The notes under the pieces: generated by a model
Seen by the model: only the letters and a program-made list of their open reading frames with translations
Databases searched by the model: none
What the model was told of the DNA's origin: nothing
Assembly (NCBI GenBank): GCA_965153455.1
Contig: OZ234494.1
Location: forward strand, 2,604,001 to 2,668,000
DNA length: 64,000 bases
Reading direction: 5' to 3'
Source of the DNA: Sphagnum compactum
Taxonomy: Eukaryota
Part shown: positions 51,952 to 64,000 of the stretch, one piece after another
How the letters are laid out: each line of letters starts with the position of its first letter
How positions within the stretch are numbered: the first letter of the stretch is position 1
Position numbers and translations under genes: made by a program

Positions 51952-52995
51952 CTGAGCAAGGTAATCAAGTTCATTGCATGTATATTATGTATACCTGATG
52001 GCACATCCACAAGCAGGAAGGGTGCGTGAGATGTTGAAAAGAAATCAGCAGAACTGTCATGGGTACAAATTGGATGGTTTCATAAACAGCTGGTTTATCA
52101 AGAATCACAAATCATCAAAATAGACCATGATTGTTCAATTCTAACTACCATGACTATCCCAGGCAAAACAGCACTTGCAAGGGAACAAGGCCAAACTAGT
52201 GTCACAGAGATTTGTTCCAGCTTAACTCTGAAGTTTCCAAGTAACCACCAGCCTTTACATTTTGCTTGGAACTCTGTGACTGACAAAAATGCACCAGTAG
52301 AGGTAAACCAGACAGCAGGGAGAATTTGGGGTGCCATGAAAGAACCTCTCCTATCTCAAAATTGGGTTGGCAGCCATTGTCAGGCACAATAATAATCAAG
52401 CTCAATCAATAGTTACCCACTTGGGTGAGAGAGAGAGACACAGAGAGATTGAGTGATGCAGAAATTAGTTCCATCTCTACTCATCCCAAAGCTTTTGTAA
52501 TGCACATCTCAACATTCAGTTATCAAAGGACACAAACTGCTCCCCCCTTAATCTCTGCTTGAGCTATTCAGTGCATTACCATCACTGCATCCAAAGCCCC
52601 CCACCCCCCGCCAACAGATTCTACAATGTTTTCAGAGCGCAGCTTGGAAACTTTCAGAGAATTTGCTTTGAAGCTCTGCACCCGAAAGTTGCATTCTACT
52701 GTTGCACTGTCCAAGAATCCAAGAATCCTTCCACACTTGAACAGCCCAAAGGCTTCTCTCAACATGGCTGCAACAGAGCTTTACGAAGAAAGTTTTCACA
52801 TATAGAGCAACATAGACCGGGTACCCTCTAAAATCTGTGTGTGTGTCTGCGTCTGTGTGTCTCTCTCTCTCTCAATATTTACACTTGGAGAAAGAGATGG
52901 TAGATACCGCGAAATTGGCAACACAGGAATTCCAACACAAGAAGAAAACAGAAAACAATACGAGAATTGATTGAAGCTCCTTGCGTATAGCTTAC
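51952..52995 (-). other. Probable 5'-UTR intron of the TIFY8-like gene
   Basis: Donor caa|gtaagc at 52995. Acceptor ttaccttgctcag| lies 9 nt before the ATG. Confidence 0.6.
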
Positions 52996-55050
52996 TTGGA
53001 TCAGCGATGTCAGCGGCGGCCCTAATGTTGAATTCGACGAGATTCAGAGTCCAGAAGACAAGATGAAACGCTTCTTTCGTGGCTGTCTGTAGATTTCCTT
53101 GAATCTAGACGAAAAAAATCAGAATGCTCCGGCAAAAAGAAAAGAAAAAAACAAGAAGCACTTCTGAGGGGACAAGCGAAAGTGGCCCAAACGACAAAAA
53201 AGAGAGGCAAGGCTCAAGGGCCACTAGATGTCGAAGTGTTGGAAACCGTGTACAGTGTCCATATCAAAGCACTTCTGAAGTTTCTAGGCGTTGTCGCAAA
53301 GCGTTTCAAATACGGCCAGAATCAAACACATGCGCGCTTAGTAAGCAAAAGATTGAAACACGGCCTTCGATAAGAGGGGGTAAAAGAAAGGGGAAAAAAT
53401 CACTCAAGAAAAAAACACAAAAAGATAGGGAAGATTTCTCTAAACTTCTCGGAAGGCGGCTGGAAACCTCTACCAAATCAGCTTCACAAGGACCTGCCAA
53501 GTTTGACACAGAAAGTTTCGGCAGCGATCTCCCTCTCTCACACTGCCTGTCTGTGTATCGATCTATCCGTCTGTCTGTTTGTCTGACTGCGACAAGAACT
53601 AAGCGAAAGAAAACCAAGAAGAGAATCTGGACTACAACGATCGCAACTGCCTGCAGATTTGTTCCTGGAAATACTGAAGCACGAAACTTGATAAAGCTTG
53701 AAACGCGAAGTTCGCGATGGAAGGAAGGAAGGAATGAATCGCGAAACAAAAGCCCAGAAAAAAAAACTTCCCACGCAATTTTCTTTTTTTTCCCAGTTGT
53801 GAAACAGAAGTCAAATATATATATAGAAATATCCAAAGGGAAACCAAAAAAGAAAGCTTGAAAAGAAACCGTTTATCCAACCACATCAAATGCCCACAAA
53901 ACACGCACACGCCCCAAATCCATCCTCTCTCTTCCACCGCAACGCAACAACACCAGAAACACTCGCGAAGAAAATGCGCAGGAGACCGCGACGGAGCGAG
54001 GAAAGAGAGAGAGAAGAAGCGACAGACACCGGGCGATGAAATGCGGGCCGTTATATCACCGGCTGGCCACGGCCTACCTTCACCAGTGAATAAACCAACT
54101 GGGTGGGGGGTGGGCGGGGCCCAAGGGGTCCAATTTTCTTTTTTATAATAAAATTTCCAAAGTAGGAAAAAAAATATTACCTCCCATAGTACCTACCTTC
54201 CCTGGTTAGGCACAAATTAATTACTTTTTGAAATTGTTGAAACGTTTGGGAAACCAAAAAAAAAAACCTACCCAATCACACGGTATGACCGAACATATGA
54301 AAGAAACTCAAAGCACATTATTAGCATCATTATTTAGTGCAATGCCAAATTCTAAAACATTATTATTCTTACTACCGAACCAACATAAATGACCCAAATT
54401 ATATATATATATTAGAAACTTTGCTCTCAACTAGGCTAGGTAGCCAAAAAAAAATTTAAATAAAATTATTAGACACCTTGCGACGGTAGTAGGTACATCG
54501 GTAAAGGCAAAGAACAAAAATTCATTTGGTTTGTGGAGAGGTAGAAGGAAATGAGTAGTTGAACATGAATGGGGCAGCCACGCAAGAACATACGTATTAT
54601 ACAATACCCGGGCCAAGCCGAGCCGAGCATATGGACCAGTATAGATGTGACCTCGGAGTGGAAATGGTCCGCCTGTTTGTTTGTGGTCTCACGATTGGGG
54701 GGGGGGGGGGGGAGTGAAGTCGCCAAATCCCGGTCCACAAAGTCTACAAAAGTGGGGAATTGATTTTTTATTTTCTGAGATTTGATTGGTTTATTGGGCC
54801 CATTTGACCTCATTTGTTTTTGTAGCATGCCATGCCGCCTTTGAGGTTTGTTTCCAAGGAAGTTTCCAGTCGCCCTCAAAGGTACTAGCCTATGGTTTTC
54901 GGTAGTCTTTTCTTTTGGCCGTATCTTGTAAGGTTCTCCACCTTTCATAAAGAGTTATTTGTTTGTTGTTGCTTCCTCCTTTGTGTGGAGTCGAGGCGGC
55001 AACCTGTTTTTATGGGAGGGGGGGGGGGTGGGGGGGGGCAATGCTCACTT

Positions 55051-55550
55051 GTTTGGATGAATGGATGGATAGAGCGTGGGTGGTGGGTTCCAAAGTTTAA
55101 GCAAAGATTCTTCTCATATTCAAATGGGTTTGGATGAACGGATAGATAGATAGATGGATAGAGTGTGGGTGGTGGGTTCCAAAGTTTAAGCAAAGATTCT
55201 TCTCATATTCAAATGGGTTTGGATGAACGGATAGATAGATAGATGGAGAGAGCGTGGGTGGTGGGTTCCAAAGTTTAAGCAAAGATTCTTCTCATATTCA
55301 AATGGGTTTGGATGAACGGATGGATGGATGGATGGATAGAGTGTGGTGGGTTCCAAAGTTTGCATGAGATTGTTTTCATGTTCAAATGGGTTTCAAGGAA
55401 CAAATGGATTCGATGGAGTATGACAGGTTCCAAAGATTTAAGTGAGAATCTTTTCATATTCAAATGGGGGATTATGTGGGTAGATGAATGGATGAATGAA
55501 TTGTCAAATGAGAACTCACAGTGGGTAGATGAATGGATGAATCAATTGTT
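55051..55550. repeat. 89-bp minisatellite (3 near-identical units plus degenerate units) upstream of TIFY8
   Basis: tggatgaa.ggat...gag.gtgggtggtgggttccaaagtttaagcaaagattcttctcatattcaaatggg starts at 55054, 55131 and 55220, then decays from 55309. Confidence 0.92.
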
Positions 55551-56364
55551 AAATGTCATAGTTGGCTCTATAGAATTTTAATAGGGTTTCATCCTATAAT
55601 ATCTATGAAACAAAAATCACACAGGTTAGTGAATCTAGTTATAGAAGAAATCACAAGGTTCTAAATTAAAAATCCTGGTAGTCAAATTTGGATTTGGGTG
55701 CTCACAAATTGGAATGATACAAACTTGAGAAGGAAACTTTTACTTTACTTTCCTTTCCTCTTTTTTTCTTTTGTTTTTTTGGTCTTCCATAAGAGCAAGA
55801 AGAGAGGCTAACAACCACAAGGACAACATGTCAAGTGCAATCTTTAGTCCAAATTTTCATTCACCTCCACATTGTGAGCTCACCCTGAAGTGGATTTTGT
55901 AGGTGGTTTTGTATATAAACTCAAAATTGTATTTAAGATTGAAAGTGGTTCATTGTGGCATTTGAAAAACAATTGTGAATGGGCCAATAAAATACTATTG
56001 AGGGTTATCATAGCCAAAAAAAAATTAGTGGCCAACACGTAAGACAAAGCTTGGGCCAAGAAGAAATGACATAAGGGTATGCCAAAATATTGTAATTAAA
56101 TGCCATTTTTTAAGTTCTTCCGTAGGCCATGACATCATGACCTTCTTTTCCAAAAGTGGGGAGGTGTTTAGTGTTTACTATCCATCTATATTTTAAGACA
56201 CCTTGCTTGCAAACTCTACTACCTCCTCCTCCTCCTCCTTTTCCAAATTTGGGTGTTTATAGCCAAGCCACCAGGTAGAGAAGCACCTTCATTGCAAATT
56301 CTTCCTCCCAAGTTGACATCTTTTTCTATGGTCCATACTGCTAGTGGTTTGCTTTGTGTATGAA

Positions 56365-56722
56365 AGAGTATCTCCACCAACACTCAGTATGTGACCCTGC
56401 ACTCCAAATCTTGGATGAGGTTCATGGGTCGAATCGAGGGAATACACTCAAAGAGTGCCAGGACCCTGAAAAAATGCACAACTTTCACAGCCCTGGAAGA
56501 GTAATAAACAGAGTCAAATCGTATGTATTGATTGCCCCTGTTTCTGATTGGGTAAATAGTTTGATTGGTCCAAGTGGGTTGCTATTAGTAGTAGTCTTCC
56601 ACCAACTTGCAGTCCCAGTTTCGGTTTTATGGGTGGAGTTGGAAAAAAAAGTTAGTAACTAAAACTTGGATGTGAGAATTATTTTTGGAGGGTCACATAC
56701 TGAGCGTTGGTGGAGATACTCT
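56365..56722. repeat. 34-bp inverted repeat pair (56365-56398 and 56689-56722)
   Basis: agagtatctccaccaacactcagtatgtgaccct versus agggtcacatactgagcgttggtggagatactct, with 1 mismatch. Confidence 0.9.
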
Positions 56723-58834
56723 ACGAGGCCTAAGGAAGGGTGTGTTCCCAAAGAAGGGCAGCTAGCACAAGCATGCTTGTGCCCACCATATCTGGGGAAT
56801 AACCCTGACATGTGGAACCTTCCATGCAAGGTGCCATTCTCCGGTTATGGTAGGGAAAGTGCCATCTACATAACCGAGAAACTTCGACCAGATCCTTTAC
56901 ATCGTTACACATAGAGAACATTAATATCGAAACACATAACAATGGTGAATTGAACCCCACAACTAATGCAAGGAGAGACCCATTCAAGTTCCGTCCTTTC
57001 ATATCGCTTTTGATATCAAAGACTCTTTGGTGTATGTATGGAGTTTGATGTCAAAGTTTGGCAGAAAGAGTTGGAAAAGTCAGGAAATAATTTGCCATCT
57101 CTAGTTTTTCTACTTGCATTCCTCTCCCCCCTTTACAATTTGTGTAAATTCTGTTGTCAGTACTTCAAGGATATTGGACTATACGAAGCATTGCAACTAA
57201 CATGTGTAAAGTGTACAGGCAAAGCCAAAAAGGTGGGGGGAGAGGCCGGGGCATGAGTGCATTGCCAAAATAAAGGGCCAAGGATGAGTTGGTAGCTCAG
57301 TTGAGCATTTTGAGAATGTCCCTCACATGGGTTTTATCCATCGCAACACCCAAGGTGCAGGTTATCATGACCATAAACACATGTAAATCACAAGAGGGTT
57401 CTTACACCTACTCCTTAAAAGTGGGATAGATCTTATGCTCTAATCACACCTAGTGTTAGTGCTAACACTAACATTATCCCTAACATTTTTTTAACACTAA
57501 TTATCCTTAACATTATCATTTTTGTTAATATTTAATATGGTGCATTCACACATGCAATAGTTTAGGTTGAAAAAAATTTAGGGTTTAGAAAACGTACCTT
57601 GCCATCATGGATTCACACCAAAATCCATGATGGCAAATTAAGCCAACTTGTTGCTATTTTTTTCATCATTCCCCTTGTTTCCTACGGCCATTTTTTTTCC
57701 TTTTCATCATGCACAAACATGTGCTCAAACATGTTAGCTCTTTTTTTTGGTTTTGCTCTTCACATACTTCCTCATTTCTATCTTGCTCACGTTTCTCCTC
57801 TTCATCCCTCATGCCTCTCCTTTTCATTTCTTTGAATCTTCGCTTAATTTTCATTGTAGTATCAATGCCTTACGCTGGTGTTGTCGTTTTTTTCATTGGT
57901 CTGTCATTTTGGTGCTACTATTTTGTTTTCGTTGGTGTCTTCACTAGTGTCAACAGCTACAATTTCTAGCTTTGTAACAACAGAAAAAGCAAAAGCACAA
58001 AAGAGGTAAAAAATACATATTAGTGTGAAAACAAGATATTCTTTACGCCCTATTACATGAGGATATGCTGCCATTACTGCCGTTATTCATCCTACCTCTA
58101 CCTGTTGCTATTGATGCACCAACATTGTAGCCACTTATGATTACAACACCACGTTCTCCCTTCGCATCACTGCAACATGTTCCCTAATTGCCTTCATTCC
58201 CATGATCTTATTTGCTCCTTCATTTTTTCTTCCTCTTCCTCCTATTGTTGTTGCAATTGATTATTGGTGTTGTTGCAGTTGATTATTGGTGTTGTTACAG
58301 GTGTGTGTTATTGTTCTTGCAAATGTGTGTTTTGTTATTGTAGGTGATTGTTGGTGTTGTTGCAAGTGTGTGTTGTTGTGATTTTAGTTTATGGTTTTCA
58401 GTTTACTTCTAAATTTTAATAGGTAAATCTTCTGAAACTCTTCCTTTTCAATTATGGTTGCAAAAAGTTCTATTTTGTGCATTTTTAAGAATAGAAAATG
58501 ATGTTTAAATATTTGTGTTCATTGTTAGTGACATGAAGGATGGAGGAGAAACCTTTGATATCTGATTGTCATTTTGTGCATCTACAACATAAATAAATCT
58601 TCACCTTCCATTTTTTTCTACTCCATGGACAAATTAGAGGATAGGGTTTTTTTTTAACAAGGTGTATGTTGTTGTTTCAAATCATTGATTTTTTTTTCAA
58701 ATTGTCGTCTCCTTCATCTTTGGATCTAAGCTTTAACAACTTAAACCCCATTGCTAAAACAAACACAGAATAAATGAACTCCATCATTTGCAATTGCAAA
58801 GTTGTCTTCTAGTTCTATCATAGGAATTAGGGCA

Positions 58835-59920
58835 TTGGGTGAAGCCACGGAGCACCACATGGTTTTCTTAGTTTTTACAGACTGAATATGATGATGATAG
58901 ATGGGTAGAATACTTTAGAATGACCAAGTCAACATTGTTTAGGATTGCTAACCAATTGTAGCTTATGTTGATGAAGCAAGACACCCATTATCAAAATGCA
59001 ATTCCTGTTGAAATGCCAATGTTATGCACTACTTATAAGCTAACCCATGGTGTTAATTTCCTAGTTTGCATTGAATTGTTTGTAATTAGTAAATCAACAG
59101 TGTCACTCATGTTGCATAAGTTTGTGGAGGTTGCCAACATTTCGAGAAGTTAATTTTGTGGCCAACAAGAGCAGAAATGAATGTTGTGATGAAAGATTTT
59201 CGACTGTTGTGTGGATTGCCAAGTGTTCACGGTGTAATTAATGGCACCCCCATCCAAATTTCTAAACCGAAAACCACTTTTCTTGAAGATTATTACTATC
59301 ATAAAACATGAGGTTATTCAATTGTAGCTTAAGCAATAGTAGATTCTTAAAAAAAAATTCTTGACATTTGTGTTGGCTTGTCAGGTAGCATTAATGATTC
59401 TTGAGTCCTATGCAAGTTTGCATAATATAAGCATACTCAAAATCAAAGTTTATTTAATCCTAGGAAGGGTGTAGATGGCTTTCCACCATATTTATTGGGT
59501 GACAAGGGTTATCCATTAATCATTTGGATTATGATGTCTTTTAAAGAAGAAGAGCAACATTCAATATTAGAACTTTTATACAATAAAAAACATAAACGAA
59601 GGAGGTTGGTAGTTGAAAATGTTTTTGGCATTTTGAAAAAAACTTTTAAAGAATTGCAGAAGTTTGAATTACATGTGACATTCCTTCCTGATGTGTTTAC
59701 ATGCTACTACATGTTGCATAACCTTTTTAGGTATAAAGATGAAACTAGCATTGTTTGACTACTTCGAATCATTGAGCTTGAAGTTGGCATACATGAAGGA
59801 CATCATAAAGTTGTTGAAGAACCCATGAATCAAGCACGAATCGAAGGTCGGGAGAGATCTGGAAATGTGCTTTGGAGGGAACTAACGTTATATCTTGGTA
59901 GACAAAGGAATTTTCAATGA
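58835..59920 (+). pseudogene. HARBI1-like DDE nuclease (Harbinger transposase) pseudogene
   Basis: WVKPRSTTWFS, DDRWVEYFRMTKSTLF, LFVISKSTVS, GLPSVHGVINGTPIQI, YYYHKT*GYSIVA*AIVD, GSINDS*V, YLLGDKGYPL and RRLVVENVFGILKKTF, with several stops and frameshifts. Confidence 0.88.
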
Positions 59921-60399
59921 AGTACATGTGAATTTATCCTTCTTACTTTCTATCAAATTAAACATGTAATCAAAAATGTTGAAAGCTCTTCTCTTTCTAT
60001 GCATTTCAATTCACACAACCTTTTGCCATGTTTGTTTATACCATCTAGTAATTTTTTTCATTTGTTGGCATTCAGTTGGACCATGGTGGACTTTGTTTGG
60101 TGTTACTATATCTTCATGGTAGGCATGTATTTCTTACAATCTAAGGTTCACCCCCAAAACACAACATCCATGTCAAAACAAGTCAATTGATTTAGCAAAG
60201 ATGATCTACATTCAACAAATAGTTTTGATTTCAAGTGAACTTGAACTTACCTCTATTCATTGATAGTTTTGTTGACAATGATATTTTTTGCATTGTTGTT
60301 GTTTGTTTTGTGTCATTATTGGCAGTAACATTGGCATTGTTTGTGTGTGGGTTGTCATTGGTAACAGTTCATGTGAAAGTTTGGGTCATAACTTGTGTC

Positions 60400-62360
60400 A
60401 AATTATTGAGGGCCTGAATCATGCCTATGCCCATGGTCATCTACGTGCGGTTAGCAACTTCATCTCTAACTTTGAAATACTCAATTTTTTTCTCAACAAG
60501 TTTATCTTGGATTTCAGCTCAATTCTCCTCCCCAATACACTTGTGGCATTGATTCAATTAATGGACTCCACCAACATCTTGCTCCTTTTCTCTGTTGCTT
60601 CTGTCATGCTCTTATGAACAAAAGAGTAGGTTCTTTTAACCCATGAACTTTCGGTAGAACGACCATCTCGTGTTTTTGCTATGTTAGAGTTTCTATTGAC
60701 TAATGTTGGTGTGGGGGGGTTGGTACCTGGCATGACTTTTGGTTGAGTGGGCAATGGTGTAATTACATTTGGATGAGTAGGTGGTGGTGCTGTGACTTCA
60801 AGACGAATGGGATTAGTGGAATCACCACTTATGTTGTGCATCAATTCGGTGAAACTTTTTGTTGTTACATTACAAGGTTATCGCAACCCTAGCCTTAGGT
60901 TCGCGACCAAGGCAAGGGCTTGCAAGGTTGCGAGCCAAGAACGAAGCCCGGGAATCACATCTCATGCTTTCGAGAGTGCAAAAGAGTGTAAGGGAATGAA
61001 CCTTCACACTCCCAAATGAACTCCCATTTTGGGAGTTGGAATCTCAATGGACTCCCAAATATTTGGAGGGCGATTGCAGGGTCAAAACCCATTGGATGGA
61101 AGAGTCTTTTATATCATTGAAACGTAGATGTCTAAAATGGGCTCGCATGACCCATTTGGACATTTGAAACACAAGTTATGGCCAAAAGAAAGGTCGGGAG
61201 TCGAATTGGTAGTTTGACTCCCGACCACTAAAAGTCAGGAATTGACCCGATTTCCTTGCGTGCAGGTGACGTGCAACATACCATTGGAAAGCTCTCAATC
61301 AGGACTACAACTTTGCTTCAACCCCCATTGCAATCGGAGGTCTGCACACAAAGTTATGGGGCCCCAAAGTTGCGGGAGTCCCAACTTTGGGAATTTCAGG
61401 ACTCGGGAGTCCCAAGACAAAATGCCATTTGGATGTGGGCCTCGTGGAGAGGCACAAAGTATACTATAAGGGGGAAGGTTGTGGCTTCTCCCAAGTCTGG
61501 ATCGTGGTGAGTCTTGTGAGTCTGAGTTTGCCCATGGCTTCTCCTAGCACCAAAAGTGCTTCAACTATGCACTAACCAACTTGTTGTTTAGTTTGTGCAG
61601 ATCCGTGTGAGTGATTAAGTGCGTGTCATTCTTCCTAGTCCCATCCCAGAGCTCCAGCACGCCTTTCTACCCCCAAAGTGCTGCGAGCCAAGGAACGTGC
61701 CCCGACTTCTTGCTCTTCTGTTGTTTTCACTTCAGATTCACATTTGGAGTCTATCAAGGAGCCATGGAGCGCGTCAGAGGTGGCAAAGTTGTAGTTGGTG
61801 TTGGTTCAAACATCCAACCATCATCATCAATGGTGATATTTTATGCATTCACATTTTGTATTGCTTCATAATTTGCATCTATTGAAACTTCATTTAAATT
61901 GATGAAGTCGTTGGGTGTTAAACCAAAAGGTTTGTAGTTCTCGTCTACATCATCCATTAAATCTTGTACGTGAGGTGGGTTGAAGATGGGATATGTCCCC
62001 AAATATTTTGTAACCACTTCGTATAATCCTCACCTAAAGGTCCTAGGCAATCTTCGTGCAACTTTCTCTATTGTGTTCAAGGACCAGTAATCTTGATTGT
62101 TTCATGTTCCAATTTTGTAATCATATATCTTCTTGAAATCTCCTGCAATTGTGCCCCATTTGTCTTTACATGCCACATTATTCCTCATTTAAGTGGAGAA
62201 CCTTGCATTCATAACCTTTTGCTAAAATTTTGTTCCATTTTGTAACAATAGTCTCAAAATTGTCTTGCACATCGATTGTGTCAAGGCTTACCACATGCTT
62301 TTCCTTTTTGGTTTTAACAAGTGCAAAAATTTCATCATGCTCCAATTTTGTTGGCATGAT
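60400..62360 (-). pseudogene. Harbinger ORF1 (Myb/SANT, trihelix-like DNA-binding protein) pseudogene interrupted by a solo LTR
   Basis: HDEIFALVKTK, FETIVTKWNKI and CKDKWGTIAGDFKKIYDYKIGT*NNQDYWSLNTIEKVARRLPRTF..LYE....FNPPHVQDLM, followed by a Pro/Thr linker and a coiled-coil tail (SMTEATEKRSKMLVESIN). Confidence 0.75.
60879..61776. mobile_element. Solo LTR, 898 bp
   Basis: Ends are TAtcgcaacc (presumably TG mutated) ... gcgtCA. Flanks aaggt and gaggt form a 4/5 TSD. Removing the insert restores the ORF1 frame GWMFEPTPTTTLPPCNVTTKSFTELMHNISG. Confidence 0.8.
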
Positions 62361-63329
62361 TTGCAGCCTTGAACCTACTACACATTGGAATTAACTATCT
62401 AGTTAGATATCTTCTTGTTTTTCCTTTTCTTTTTTGATGGAGCAGGTATTTCATCATTGAGGGAATTGCATTGAAAATTTCTTTTGCAACTACACACAAA
62501 AAGGTATGAAATATGTTTCTATTTTACATATATGTGAAATAGACATGTTGATGGTTTGTGATACCATTATTGTCCCTCCATCCCCATGCCTATAGGTTCT
62601 TTGGTGGTTTTGCTTACCACCTGTAACCTTCAAAAAGTCCCTCCTCTACTATGTACCTTTTGTAACCAATTGTCTTCCCTATGAGCTTTTGCTTGCTACC
62701 TATAGGAGTGCCTTCTAGCCTACAGGAGGTAACTTGGTAATTTGCTCCTCCTTCGATTCCCACCACCCAAGGACTGACTATTACCCTCCTATGGTAGCCA
62801 GTAGTTTAGTGTTCAAAAAACTACCCATTGTCAACCCATTACTCTCTGTCTTAAAGAATGCAGAAAGATCAACACCAAGAAGCATCTTACTTACATAACA
62901 TACCTTACTCTACCTTCCACATTTAGTACAATAATAATGTAACACAAGACATTCGATTCCTTCAACCATCTTTCATTAAATCACATACCAAGTACGTACA
63001 TCCATTTTTCCCATCACTTTCCAAAGAAAGTTTTACATATCCCACACAAGTTTCTAATATCATTCCCTCATTCTCTCTCACTTCCTCTATCCCCCTTCCC
63101 ACATATCACACACAAGGCCCACATTGACCCTTAGAAAATAGAGCCCTTATCCTAATCCCTTCCTAAAATACTCTTAGATGATTGGGTGGATTACCTCCAA
63201 CCGCTCACTAACCCGAGCTACCTAATCCCATTAACTTCACCCCTTAGGTAAGGGACGGGAAGTCTACCACTAGTAACTAATAGTCACTAGGAGGCCTATG
63301 GAATTAATTAGTCTAGAGATTTCTACCCG

Positions 63330-63476
63330 TTAACAAAAAACCATATCCACTAGATTTTCAACAAAATATTCATCTTCTAAAATATCAACAATTAATCTTG
63401 TTGTATCAAAAATGCGGAAAACTTTCCACTCAATAAATGCATTTTTCACCCATAGTTTGGCATGGTTGCTAACTTT
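63330..63476 (-). mobile_element. Fragment resembling the N-terminus of DUF3504/Crypton-type tyrosine recombinases
   Basis: KVSNHAKLWVKNAFIEWKVFRIFDTTRLIVDILEDEYFVENLVDMV matches a W-x4-F-x-E-W pattern that I associate with DUF3504 proteins. It is short and recognised from memory only. Confidence 0.35.
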
Positions 63477-64000
63477 CTAGTCCCACCTTTATTTACATTA
63501 ACTTCCTTTTCATCAAGATCTAGAAATCAAGTCTTTAGAACATGATCCCTATTAGGAGAATCAAACTTTATCCCCTCTCCAACTTTAGATCTAGAAACCA
63601 TGGCATCACCAATATTGGAAAGAGGAGTCATTTGACAATCAAATGTACAAGATGTAATATCATAAGTAAGACACATAATAGAATTAGATGCACAAAAAAC
63701 AACACCAAATATAAAAGGATGAACAAAAGCATCATCTACATAATATGAATTTGAAAGGATGCCATATTATCCAAGCCTAAAGAAATGTAGGGATCAAAAA
63801 ACTAACCAAACACATTAAGACTACATACATGAGCATCCAATTCAAGGAATTTAGAAATGTTTTCGGAAACAAAAGAAAAATCAACAAACAATTGACCACT
63901 ACCAACATAATCAACAAAAATATCACAACCATCAATTAAACACATTAAATTATTGACATCAAATGTAGAATCAAAACAAAACCCAATAGGATCATATGTA

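Larger units (their letters stand above)
57435..62470. mobile_element. Decayed two-gene PIF/Harbinger element (convergent transposase and Myb/SANT-trihelix-like ORF1)
   Basis: Nuclease relic on the + strand and ORF1 relic on the - strand, tail to tail. A possible left end is tta|tgctctaatcacacc near 57435. The right end was not identified. Confidence 0.65.

Overview
Eukaryotic nuclear DNA from a plant. A bryophyte, probably Sphagnum-like, is my inference from the repeat families and gene style; it is not proven. Three intron-containing genes can be spliced by hand, all on the minus strand: a GT-2-clade double-trihelix transcription factor (about 4.8-7.5 kb), a 13-coding-exon AGD14/NIG-like ArfGAP (29.8-34.8 kb) and a Jas-less TIFY8-like ZIM-domain gene (49.0-51.9 kb). 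The intergenic space holds many decayed transposons. These include a hAT transposase relic, two PIF/Harbinger nuclease relics (one with a Myb/trihelix-like ORF1 split by a solo LTR), a Tourist-like MITE, a palindromic MITE, a complete non-autonomous Helitron, probable Helitron helicase and Crypton-like relics, and many minisatellites. I found no rRNA, no bona fide tRNA gene and no CRISPR array. I cannot show a wholly new biological system from sequence alone. The best leads are a block-conserved noncoding element shared by the GT-2 and TIFY8 loci, a tandem splice acceptor that could switch the TIFY domain on or off, a GC-AG intron in the ArfGAP domain, and a Crypton-like fragment.
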